DNA of 63,966 nt, the filler included, from Reticulomyxa filosa (taxonomy: Eukaryota > Protista > Foraminifera): NCBI GenBank assembly GCA_000512085.1. It is 25 parts of 25 records of this genome, joined end to end, with 100 filler letters (N's around TTAATTAATTAA, not from the genome) between each part and the next. Parts side by side here need not be neighbours in the genome. Positions count along the whole stretch, not along the records: positions 49,302 to 52,404 come from ASPP01013375.1; positions 52,505 to 56,890 come from ASPP01034182.1; positions 56,991 to 58,500 come from ASPP01000450.1; positions 58,601 to 60,002 come from ASPP01018722.1; positions 60,103 to 62,663 come from ASPP01020758.1; positions 62,764 to 63,966 come from ASPP01047675.1; 19 more parts are not named here. One strand, written 5' to 3'. Below the pieces are notes generated by a model. That model had not been told where the DNA came from. It did no database searches and saw only the letters and a program-made list of their open reading frames with translations. Numbering within the stretch: the stretch's first letter is position 1; every line of letters starts with the position of its first letter. Below are positions 52,251-63,966 of the stretch, piece after piece. The position numbers and the translations under genes are program-made.

Positions 52251-55200
52251 TGTCATTTTTTTGTTTTGTTTCGTGTTGTTATTTGTATGCCAAAATTTTT
52301 TTCCTCGCTCTTTCTTTTTCTTACTCAGCATGTACACTCTCTCTCTCTCTCTTCTCTTTCCTGTTTCTATCATCTGCCTTTTTTATAAGCTATTGTCGGA
52401 CGATNNNNNNNNNNNNNNNNNNNNNNNNNNNNNNNNNNNNNNNNNNNNTTAATTAATTAANNNNNNNNNNNNNNNNNNNNNNNNNNNNNNNNNNNNNNNN
52501 NNNNTCTCTACCAGGGCAGTGCCTGGGCCTGGCTGACCCAACATGCAAACACTTTCAATACGGGCTTTACCCATAAGTTACGCCCCTTCGTGCCCATTTC
52601 AAATTATTTCAAAGAAAAAACAACCAACTCAAACATATAATTAACAGACATAATGGAATTAAAATCAATGTTCTTCTTTGCAAGGAAAAATCCGATATTT
52701 CCGTCCGGAGAAAAACAACCAACATTTTATTATCAGCGTGCTCCAATTTTTTTGCGGTGTTTCAGCATCAACTGCCAAAACTCCGACATAATTTATTAAT
52801 TCGACTTGACACCAGCTATAAAACATTGAACAGAAAAAATTATCAATCAAATTAAAAAATCAACATAAGATAATATCACAAAGAATGCACTTGTAATTGG
52901 AATTTCCACTATCGACAATATCGTCTTTTTCTTTATTTTTTATGCGGTCCACATCGGAGCCTAATTTCATAACGTAAGTTATCAGTCTATTTAACATTTT
53001 TTATCATATAAATATTTTTTTCATATTCACAAAAAGCGATTTTTTTTATTTTTTTTTAAACACCAACACAGACCATGAACGGACATTCATTGGCTTACTT
53101 AAGAAACGTTCGGCATGTTTCTTGGGAACAATTTTGCTGATTCAATTACTTGGACAACCTTGACTAATTTACGACCAAAGAATCTGCGAGTTTGCCAATC
53201 TTGGTCTTTCTTTTTCATCATGTCCACTTGTTCCTGCAAATTTGTCTTGTTTTTCCGAGTCCGAGACAAAAAAAAACAGTGTACAAATCATTTGCTTGTC
53301 AGATTCAACTGAAACAATAACAAACATTTTGTTATTTATGCCTCCAAAGGAATAAAGGAATAAAGAAATGAAGAGACAACAAGCAAGTAAAAAAGTGTTA
53401 CCACTTCTTGTTTAACACGTTCACTTTTTGTTGCTCCCCCTTTTAGATAATTAATAAAATTTGTTTTCTAAAATAAAAAATCTATTCGGAAATTTGAAAT
53501 ATTTTCTCATTTCAAACTTCAAACGTACATTTCTGAAGTTTTGTTTTTGCATTCACAATTTTGCTTTTGTTAGACAGTTTTTCAGATATTGTAATAATTA
53601 TATTTTAATTTTTTAGATTTATGTTATGCTAAAAAAGAATTGTTCATCTCAAAATGAAAGCCTCTTTTACGATGACATTCGAAATATTTTCCTTTGAATA
53701 CACACTTAACAAAATCCAAGATAGAAATATTTTTGGATTATAAACAAGTTAAATAAAATAAAAAAAGATCACTAAGTGATTATTTAAAAAATAAAATCAA
53801 TGAAAATATATTCAACAAAATTACCCTTAATACCAAATTTTAAAAAAAGATTAAAACGACACAATCACAAAATCAGACAAATGTAAAGGCGCACGAAGGA
53901 CTAGTTCCATTTTCTCTTTCGCTGCGTCTGAACAGCAGTTGACGTGTTTTTGTAGCAAAATACAAAAAAAAATATCACATCTATACGGTCGTTGTTTTCA
54001 AAATTCGAGGATTGATCACATTACAAGGATTGCAATGCACTACATAATCGATATTAGGCTTGCAAATCTCGAACAAATGTAGACCATTATTGGAGGGGAC
54101 ATCAAAGCATCCTGTATGTGGGATAATATCTATACATACAAGTCACACGGCTGACAATAGATAAGCCACACAAAATATAGTCACTATCATTTGTCCGCAT
54201 TAGTGAACTCTTGTACTCGCAGGATTGAAGCAAAATTCGACTCCGAATGATGCAACGTAGCTGACCTACAATGTGCTCAAAACATATCAAAAAGAAAACG
54301 GTGATCAGAATATCCCACTTGATAGTCGCACACAAATCTACACATACAAAAAAAGACAAGTCATTGCTATGGACAAAAAAAAAATTGAAATGTAAACAAT
54401 CGAAATAATGCCCCAAACCATACATCACAATTTCCACTATGATCTTGGACAGAAACACAGCAGCTGACAAATTGAAAAAAATGGGAAAAAAGTTCATTCT
54501 TCAGCTTTTTGTTGTGTTGGAAAAAAAACAAGATATTTGTTATAAAATTTGAATTAAATATATTATATTCACATTCGTGCGCAAGTAATAAAAATTATGC
54601 TTTAAGTTGCCGCAATAACTGAAAGGCCAAAAATTAAAAAGAAAAAATTTGTCCATAAAGAAAGGTGCGACTAAAAGAAAAATATCATTGAGATTTTTCC
54701 ACTGTTAAAGTGAAAGTGCAAATAGATCTAAAATGATCTTTTGCCATAAGAACGTAATTGTATTTATTTGTTTTGCCAAATCAAACAAAGCATATTACAA
54801 GTGACAAAGTGTTCGCCACTTGAGATTCAACTCTCTGAGTTGACACCGCACCTCTTTTTCTAGTTCATTGCAAGCAAAAAAAGTTTCAATTTTTGCAATG
54901 TGTGCATGCATTTTAGCTTACAAAGGGTGGTTTTCATTCAGTGTTTTTCTTATTATACATGGAACATTGGAAAACTTACTCACAATTTGAAAAAAGGGGT
55001 CAAAGAATTGTTTCTCTTTGAATTTTTTAAATTTTTCACTCCTCGATTGCTTTCATCAAAAATTTATTTTAATACTTCAAGTGAACAATGTGTGCAAGAA
55101 ACGTATCCAGTTCATGCAGTCGGTATGAATTATCAGACAACTGATCTAAAGTTTTGATATTGTTTATCAAACAGTTGTCGAGTGCATAACTTCAGGAACA

Positions 55201-55476
55201 TTACCGCTTTACTTTAATTTCAAACGGAATGATTAGAAAAGAGAAAACACTACGAGTTTGAGGCTCATACATGAAACCTAATTAACAAGGAAAAGCATAA
55301 CAACTAAATCAAAGTTATTTTAGAGCTCTGTTTCTACAAAAGGAATTTTTTTGCCAACCAGCAAAAAGAAAGAAATTTTTTGTCAAACGCTGTTACAAAA
55401 ATTGAGGTGTGGATGGGGGCCACCTCATCTTTTTGGTTGGGAAAAGGTTTGATTGACCTTGTCCTATAATAAATAA

Positions 55477-56890
55477 ATGTCACTTCCTTCAACCAGATCT
55501 AGTCGTTTGGTTGACTACTTCATGACAGTAGGGCTGTCAGATTTGACGCATTTGGAGCCGTATCATGGGGAATATAATACAGAAAACTTGGAAGAAATGG
55601 GTTTGAATGAGATCCGAGCAATAAACAATATACAAATAGTGGCCAGCAACAAGCCGTCCGACATTCCAGAAAACTACTATTGCCTGTCGCAGTCATTGGG
55701 CGGTCATTTTGTCGGATATGACCCAGATAAATGGTTTGGGAAGTTTGCAAAGAACAAAAACAATGGACCATTTATAGCCTTTGAGAGATCGAACAAGACC
55801 TGTCAAAAGAAAAACATGCCACAAATGCAAGCACAGATACAACAATCACAATCGCAGCCACAGTCACAAGCACAAGTACAGCTCCCCCAAAAGGATGTTT
55901 CAAAAGAGGGTGCATCAATGAGCCCTGCTACCTCTCGGATCAATATAAACAATAGCAATAACAATAACAATAGCAATAACACCAAATTATATCCAATCAC
56001 AAAAATATGTATTCGAGATGTAAATGAATATCTCCAAAATACGGAAGCAAGCAAAGAGAGTAGTCCGTTTTCACCACAGTCACAGTTTCGTCACAAAAAA
56101 AAAAAAAAAAGACTGACACAAGTTAAAAATTGGGGGTAGAAACATAGAGTTTTTTTGTGTGTGTGGGGGGGTGGTTGTATGATGGGACCCTTTCGTCAGA
56201 CAAGGGAACAAACTGAAACGGCTGTTGACAAAATCGATGGAAGAGTTGCCAAAGCCATTGCCAGGGGAGAACAAATATGGCAATGAAGTGGAATGGCATC
56301 TGATCGAGGGGCATTTAAATCGAGAAAATGTCGGGCATACATTGCAGATATTCATCCAAAGAGATCCCAAGTCAGACCCAATTATTGACTTAGTCATTGT
56401 CAACGAAGTTTGTTTTATGTAGTTATTTATATATACACAAGTAATAAATATAAACATATATAAACATATATGCATATATGTTTATATATGCATATACATA
56501 TATATATATGTATATATGCATATGTGGGTTAGAGCAAAAACGAAGTGGTGCCATATGGATATGTGAAAGTTGGCGATGAGAACGACAACCCATTGGCATT
56601 GAACGTCGGTACAAACCAAAGAGACGAAATGTATTTGTGTTACAAAACGCGTGATCGAAAGCATTTTGAATCGAAGCATGCTACGTTTTTCAACCCTCAA
56701 ATTTTGGACCGCTATCCTCGCAAGAATCATCCCGAATTTCCCTTGAACGAGTTCTTCGCCATGTTTTGCTTTCCGAGGGGCATCGAAATACTCGCCGGCC
56801 AACCCGTCAAAACCAAGCCTCCGACCAGTGCCGATCTCGCCACCAAATCCGAGTCTCGATTTCGATCCAAATTTTTGTTCAAAACAATGC
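55477..56890 (+). CDS. DENND4/CRAG-like Rab GEF N-terminus: MABP plus uDENN (multi-exon, partial)
   Basis: RLVDYFMTVGL; MABP elements PITKICI, PIIDLVIV, VPYGYVKV, LNVG and MYLCYK; uDENN PQILDRYPRKNHPEFPL..AMFCFPRG. Confidence 0.85.
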
Positions 56891-57394
56891 NNNNNNNNNN
56901 NNNNNNNNNNNNNNNNNNNNNNNNNNNNNNNNNNTTAATTAATTAANNNNNNNNNNNNNNNNNNNNNNNNNNNNNNNNNNNNNNNNNNNNTTTTAACCCA
57001 CTGGGGGTCCCAACGTTCCGTTAGTATTTAAGGACGTAATGTAGTGACTTTCACTACAATATTTGAAATAATATTTACAATTTGCATATACACATATGAA
57101 ACTTTCAAATATTGTTTTTTAAAGAAATTAATACAGAAATCTTTAGAAAAAAAGTTTCTTATCCATGTAACATTGGTATGTTATATAAATCGGCGTTTAA
57201 TGATGTAGACCGGGAAAAAAGGATATTTTTGAAAAAGTATTATTATTCCAAATTGCCGTAGGAAGCAAATTGAGATAATAATATAGCGGGGAAAAAATGG
57301 ATTATAAAGAGATAAATGACATTTTGACGTTAAGTATTTTTGTTTTTTATTTTTGAGAAGAGAAAGAACAAAACAAAAAGCTGAGTGTGCAAAT

Positions 57395-58451
57395 ATGGGT
57401 GAGACAAACCAAATAACTACAAAAAGATCAGATTTGGAAAGAATCCAAACGCAATATCATGCTCTTTGTCAAGGATTGGAAGAAAGAGAAGTGGTGTATG
57501 AAACAGATTACAAAGCATGGGTATCAATACACACAAGCCTGACGAATCACATAAAGGCACTGACAGACTTGTTGAAGCAACAGAAGGAGAGTTACGAGAG
57601 GGTGGTAATGAAACAAAACGAGTGCTTGGACAAATTGCAAGTAGAGCATAATGCAATAGTGAAAGCAAAGGAAGCACAAGAAAGGGAAATAGCATTACTA
57701 AAGCAGCAACAAGAAGAACAAGAGCAGAAAAAAGAAAAGCAATTGAGAAGCGAAAAAGAAGAGAAGAAGCAATACGAGTTAGAATTGGTGGCCATTAAAG
57801 AGAAATTGAAATTGACCGAGGAAATACTTGGAACGGCCAATATTGCGGCGTTGCGCAGTTATTTTGATGAAATCAAAAACCAAGTTAAACAAAGAGAAGA
57901 CAAATGGGATGACATTTACGCGCAAACTCGATCTTCTCTTGAAACCGTTTTGGCTCATGTCAATGACCCTTCTTCCTTCGATTTGCTTACACCTGAGCAG
58001 ATTAAACTGGCGATCCAAAACCAAAGAGATATCATCGACAGTTAATCATCTCTATCTATATTTTTTGTTTCTGTTTCTCCCCCCCCCCCCTTTTGTGCAT
58101 ACACACGTATACTGAATTTAAGAAATCCTTTAATTTTTGTGTATTTATTTTTTTTTATTTTAACTTTTTTTTTTTGTTTGTTTTGTTTACTAGTTTAAGG
58201 TATACGTATTTTTTTTGTTTGTTTGTTTTCCCCCCTCTCTCCCCCCCCCCTTCTCTTTTGCTTCGAATGTGCAGAACAGAGATCCGAGAATGAATCATTG
58301 CAACGAGAACGAAACCAACTGAAAGAAGCCTACGACGAACTTGTAAAAAAGGAACAGCCACAAATATCCATTTCCACCGACTCGTCGACACTCTCGCCAA
58401 GGTCACCAAGATCGTCTGCAGCAAGCATACAAGACCTTGACAAATCAAAAG
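57395..58451 (+). CDS. Coiled-coil protein (at least 2 exons, partial)
   Basis: E/K/Q-rich heptad ORF, then an intron of about 58041-58275, then EQRSENESLQRERNQLKEAYDEL. Confidence 0.75.
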
Positions 58452-58460
58452 GTTTGTTTG

Positions 58461-58500
<40 letters not shown>

Positions 58501-58600
58501 NNNNNNNNNNNNNNNNNNNNNNNNNNNNNNNNNNNNNNNNNNNNTTAATTAATTAANNNNNNNNNNNNNNNNNNNNNNNNNNNNNNNNNNNNNNNNNNNN

Positions 58601-59990
58601 GAAAGGGAAAGGGAAAGAGAAAAAGAAAGAGAAAGGGAAAGGGAAAGAGAAAAAGAAAAAGAAAAAGAAAGAGAAAGAGAAAAGGAAAAAGAAAAAGAGA
58701 AAGAGAAAGAACGCACAATACGAGATAGAGATCGTTTAAAAGATCGAGAGCGAGAACGTGAATCTGATCGAACAAAAGAAAGTAAAAATCGAGATCGAGA
58801 CAGAGACCGAGATCGAGATAGAGATAGAGATAGAGATAGAGACAGAGATCGAGATCGAGACAGAGAGAGACTCAAAGAAAAAGAAAGATATTCAGATCGA
58901 GAGCGAAATCAAGAGAGAAGTAGAGGACGTTCTATTAACAAAGAACAAGATAAAAACAAAGATAAAAAAGAGAGACATTACAGCAAATCAATATCGAGCA
59001 GAAGCGAGAGCCCACATCCAAATGCTAAAATGTATTTAAAAGAAAACAATGAAAAAACAGAAAAACCGGCAAAAGACGTTCCAGCACCGACTTATCATGA
59101 AAACGCTCACTGTAATTCACTGGAAGACTTTCAAGAAAATGTGGCTTCAACTAGCAGAACTGATGATAAGGTTGTTATTATACGTATACACACCTACATT
59201 TACATTTAATACATATACATATGTTATATATAATACTTTTGTTCCCTGTTTTCAGGACAGCAAGATGAGCAATCGAGACAAAGATCCTTCCACGATATCC
59301 TCACATATACGTACATCTCGATTTGACAATACTTTACAAAACGACCGCACAATTTCAGTGGGGTCCTCACGTAACACACTTAAACGATCTCATGCACCGG
59401 AAAAGGATGACCGCGGAAGCGTCAATGCAAAAAACAAAAAAGAAAAGCGTAGCAAAAGCAAAGATATCAACAAAAGCGGAGAAGAGAAGACAGTCCATTT
59501 AAAAAATGAATCGATAGGGCATTCACCTCCACATTTCCCCTTGCCATTCAACAGAGACCAGGACCAAGATCGAGATCGAGATCGAAACTTAAATACAATG
59601 ACACATGCAATTGCTTTTTCCAATGTAGAATTTCTCTCGTTGCCTAATTTTATCCCCAACAAAAGCGTATCGAATGCAAATCCACAAATCTTAATAATCA
59701 ATGGGATCCCGGCAACAGATATGATTCGAGTGGACACATTGAAACGAATGCTAATGGAATGTGGAGAATTTGGAAAGTGTCATTTACTGAGTGTCGCAGC
59801 AATTGTGAAAATATGGAATGATACTTTATCATTTTTTGATAAAAATCCAGAGCATTTTTTAATGCACGTGAGTTACGTATGGCAACTGATTAAGGTTTTA
59901 ATTGATCGACATCACTTTGTTATCCCTTTGCTCAAATTCCTTGACTTGCCTATTGTTTTTTATCTCAACATGGTCTCCAATTCTGACGGT
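58601..59990 (+). CDS. RE/RD dipeptide-repeat (SR-related) protein with a possible RRM-like segment (partial, intron ~59171-59255)
   Basis: A + frame encodes (RE/KE)n, (RD)n and RS tracts. After the intron, ILIINGIP..LKRMLMECG resembles an RRM start. Confidence 0.65.
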
Positions 59991-60109
59991 ATTAAAAAAA
60001 AANNNNNNNNNNNNNNNNNNNNNNNNNNNNNNNNNNNNNNNNNNNNTTAATTAATTAANNNNNNNNNNNNNNNNNNNNNNNNNNNNNNNNNNNNNNNNNN
60101 NNAAAAAAC

Positions 60110-60468
60110 TAACCTTTATTTTTGAAGTAATCGTCATTACTTTCGCTTTCTGACAACACTTCAACTCCATCATGGTGAATGATACCCCGTTCATGGAAAG
60201 TACGCTCTTGCTGCGACATGGCTTCGATGTGCGTGTGCTTGTTTTGTGCATCACTTGCGAGCGACGACGCATTTTGTCGGACTTTTGTTTTTTTTTGGCT
60301 GGCGTGCGTGAGCGAGTGCGTTTTGGAGGGGCTCTGGTTTTCGAGATAGCTCGGTTTCCCAAAGTGGCTCTGTTTTTTCAGGCGCGAGAATGGAGCCATC
60401 GCAGGCCCATCTTCGTTTGAATATGTTTGTTCTTTGTTGTCCTCCTCATTGTCATTGTCATTGTCATT

Positions 60469-60509
<41 letters not shown>

Positions 60510-61041
60510 GTGTTCTTCTTGCACCTTCTCGACCCCAACTCGAGTCGAATGTTTTTTTTATTGGAATGGGGGCTATTGTGTTGATGATATTTGTGTTGCC
60601 TGCTTTGCTGTTCTTTTTCATGATGACGATGTTGATGTTGTTGATGTTGTTGATGTTGTTGATGTTGTTGTTGTTGTTGTTGTTGCTGTTTATGTCGTTG
60701 CCTTTGCTTTTGTGCACGCAATTGATTGGCGACCCGCAGCATGTATTGATGAAGGTCTTGATCAAGGTCGATATCTTGCGGGAACATATGGACGCAATGA
60801 TTGTCCTTGAGCAATTCGTACATGTTGACAAGAGAAAGGCAGAGCTTGGTGATGTCGCCGACGTGCGTCAAATGGACGTGCTGACTTCCTTCCGGCCATT
60901 GCATCTCTTGAATGGTATATTTACGAGACCCCCATGGCTGTTGTTGTTGTTTGATATCTTCATTGTTGTCATTGTCGACAGCGATTGGGATTGTACGATG
61001 AGCTTTCACAGTCGCAATAGTGACAGTGAATTTGAACTTAT

Positions 61042-61078
<37 letters not shown>

Positions 61079-61579
61079 GCTATCGTCTTTTGATACTTGC
61101 TTAAAGTACATCTTCAATACACTTACACACGGCTTGTCTTTCAAACACACTTCGCATCCATTCAACATCGCCAATTTTGATACGCTTTTCAATCTGCATT
61201 TTACTGTCATCGACGAAAACGCTCCTGAACACGATGACGACTTCATGCTGTCTTGATCGTTCCCCACATGCTCTGCTGACTGTGCATACTTACGCTCTGC
61301 GCGGATTTGCTTGTGCAGAAACATATACGGCTTTTGCAGGTATTTTGGTAGGTTCTTCAATGTATACTGCTTTCTCTTCGTCTGCGTCGACTCGTACTCC
61401 AACATCAATTGCTTCGACTGCTTCTGCTGATATGCTCTTAAACACCAATTGTTCAAACGCAATAGCACTTCGTTCTTGTCCGTTATTTCAAACACTTGCC
61501 CGTTCTCAGGCCATTCCTTCAACACTGGAGTTAACCCTGTCCAGTCTAGCTCTGGCAATGGCCCATCATGTGTAGACAT
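60110..61579 (-). CDS. Hypothetical protein with poly-N and poly-Q/H tracts, frameshifted near 60460-60560
   Basis: A 371-aa ORF whose sensible reading continues in other frames (..EEHNNNN.., NDNDNEEDNKEQ..MAPFSRLKK). Confidence 0.6.
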
Positions 61580-62069
61580 GTCCTCTTCAAGGGTTCTCTA
61601 ATGGATTTTTTTGCTATAAATTCGTGCGGCAACATCAAAAAAATTGGGGGCGTCTTGTAGGTTTTGTTTTTTTTTTGTTTTTTTGTTTGTACATTGCAAT
61701 CTATATCTGTGACAAACACAACATAACTGTTGTTTTTTTTTTTGTACAAGTTGTATTACAACTATTTGAAACTCCAGGTCTTGCTTGTTGTTTTATGATT
61801 GCAAGCTCAGTATTTTTTTTTTTTGCCTCAAGGAAAAAAGATAGAAAAAGAATTGGCTGTCACAGAAGAGTACACATCTTACAACACATCGTAGGACAGA
61901 TTTTTTTTGACAAACCAAGCACAAGAGTTGCTGTAGCTCCTTTTTTTTTTGTTGAGCTCTTTGCTAATATCAATACTAAATTATTTGTGTGTTTTCCTCA
62001 AATTATCACAAAACTCAACCTCAAAAGGGAAAAGTGAAACAAAGCTAAACAAATAGAAAAAACTTAATA

Positions 62070-62566
62070 ATGTTTAATGAGGATACCCATCGTGAATTTC
62101 AGCGAGGAATTGACCCTCAAGCAGGAAAAACAAAGCGACACGAAGACCGATTAAACTTACGCAGAGAAATTCGAACAAAACATTTGAACAAAAGACGAAA
62201 AGAGTTAACGAATGAAACAGATAACAAATCTTCGATGGGTAACAAGAACGACAACGAGTCCGAATCAACTCCGGCAAACGCCACAACGAACACGCAAGAG
62301 GTCATTCCGGCATGGGTCAACATAAACAATTTGGGGAAGTTTGCAGAACAGATGGCATCCAGTGACATCAATGACATTTTCCAAAGCGTGCAAGCCATTC
62401 GACAGCTGCTTAGTGTCCCACAAAAGCCACCAATCGAACAAGTGTTTGCATCTGGCGTTGTCCCAAAACTGCTTCAAATCATTTGTAAGAAAATTGATAT
62501 CAAAGACCGTCAAAATATAACCCCTTTGGAAGAGAAGCGAATCAAATTGCAATTTGAAGCATCCTG
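62070..62566 (+). CDS. Importin alpha, first exon (IBB plus ARM1-2)
   Basis: IBB motif REFQRGID...LRREIR..LNKRR, then IRQLLS...PPIEQVFASGVVPKL and KLQFEASW. Confidence 0.93.
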
Positions 62567-62632
62567 GCAAGTGTTTTATATAAATATATATACACACATA
62601 AATAAATATATACACATAAACATATATATATA

Positions 62633-62663
<31 letters not shown>

Positions 62664-63966
62664 NNNNNNNNNNNNNNNNNNNNNNNNNNNNNNNNNNNNN
62701 NNNNNNNTTAATTAATTAANNNNNNNNNNNNNNNNNNNNNNNNNNNNNNNNNNNNNNNNNNNNTATGAAATAAGAAATGAAAATGTTTTTTTTGTTTGAA
62801 AAGTTTGCTTAAAGAAAAATTAAGTGATATTAAACTTGTTTGATTTGATTGAATGCAAGAATTGAATGATGTGTTTTATTTTGCTTTGTTGTTTCAAAAA
62901 ATTGAAATAATTGCATTTAATTTTTTTTAAGGAATTGAAAAGCATATTAAAAAAAAGGAAAGTTTTCTCAGTTTGAAACAGACAGTAAAGTGAAGATAGT
63001 TCTTTCGATCAATAAATGTAATTTGAAATGAATTATATTGATTAATTTTGTTTGCTCATGTATATTTTTACAAATAAATGATTCAAATAAAAATTTTTTG
63101 TTGATTGTAAAGTTTGTTATTTTACAACATAACAATATAAAATATTGACTTGCAGCACGCAATAATAATGCTTTTCCAAAGTTTTTTTTTACACAATATT
63201 GGCTGAGCAGATTTTAGAACAAAAAACTACTGAGTAACATGTATAATGAAAAGAAACGAAAATGATGAATATGTGGACTTTGTGTAAGTATTCATTTTAC
63301 ATATTTTTAAAAAAAACTTCGTCAACATTAACATGGCCAATCAAAACATAACACAAAACTCTCCTGAATGAAACTAAACAAATTCAACTTCTTATTACCT
63401 CTTTCAAACCTTGAAGAAGTTACCCACTCAACTTTCCGAATCTCAAAATGGATCAAACTAACCTGACCATACAAGACAACATGCTTTGAGACTTTGACTC
63501 CTTTGTCAATTCTACTAAACTTTATTCAATATATAGCATACAATACGGAATTGCCATTTGCGGAAATATACAATGCTTATTCTACTTGAGAATAATTTAC
63601 AATCAACATAAATATTTAATTAGATCATTTAGATTGTGTGGTAACCACCTTCTAGTAAAATTACATCATTTAAATAAAGTAAATTTGCACAAAATGAGAA
63701 ATAGTAATTGCTTCAAAAAATCTGTAAAAACATGTCACAAAATCCGAAATTAAGTTTTTTTCATTAAGAAATCGAAAGAACGCTTTCCTTTTGAACTGAA
63801 CTTCTTGCTTCCCAAAAATTCATTGTTTATGGTATCACTGTTGTTGTTCAAAGTTTCATTGGCGTGTTGCAGCAGCAGTTTTTTCTCGTCATTTACTTTT
63901 TTGCGAAAAGGCGTTTTACGCGCTATTCCTTTGTCAATGCAATTTTAAAGGGAAAATAAAAGACAT

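Noticed and set aside
14477-56890. A membrane-trafficking gene cluster (VPS13, VSR, Sec6-like, DENN, dynein, kinesin)
   Set aside because: The genes lie on separate concatenated contigs, so no linkage is shown.
6267-60560. Widespread programmed frameshifting or RNA editing
   Set aside because: The shifts mostly fall in homopolymers, and single-base deletions also hit the bacterial contig. This fits sequencing error.
2166-62763. Regularly recurring TTAATTAATTAA palindrome as a CRISPR-like or telomeric repeat
   Set aside because: It is always embedded in fixed-length N runs, so it is a synthetic six-frame-stop linker.
62764-63966. Possible decayed NTPase/repeat-family gene on the minus strand
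   Set aside because: Only vague similarity and no intact motif to support it.

Overview
This window is not continuous DNA. It is about 25 short, unrelated contigs joined by an artificial 100-nt spacer (N44-TTAATTAATTAA-N44, stops in all six frames), so adjacency across a spacer means nothing. Most contigs come from an AT-rich, intron-rich eukaryote with abundant microsatellites. The WD40 family signature and intron style fit a foraminiferan such as Reticulomyxa filosa (inference). Recognisable gene fragments are IFT/cytoplasmic dynein-2 heavy chain, VPS13, a vacuolar sorting receptor plus a decayed duplicate, an A/B-type cyclin, importin alpha, a DENND4-like MABP-uDENN protein, WD40 genes, a kinesin first exon, a Golgi sulfotransferase, an F-box-like protein, a triple zinc-knuckle protein and a large beta-rich secreted protein. 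Two whole contigs are GC-rich bacterial operon fragments (RidA plus FMN reductase; birA-coaX), most likely contamination. The clearest unannotated structure is a set of decayed mobile elements. These are an APE-RT-RNase H LINE (two copies), a TA-targeting Tc1/mariner family whose ends (CAGTA..TGCAAA) recur on four contigs, and a MITE-like repeat. I found no convincing novel multi-gene system. All assignments are by-eye motif recognition, and exon boundaries are approximate.
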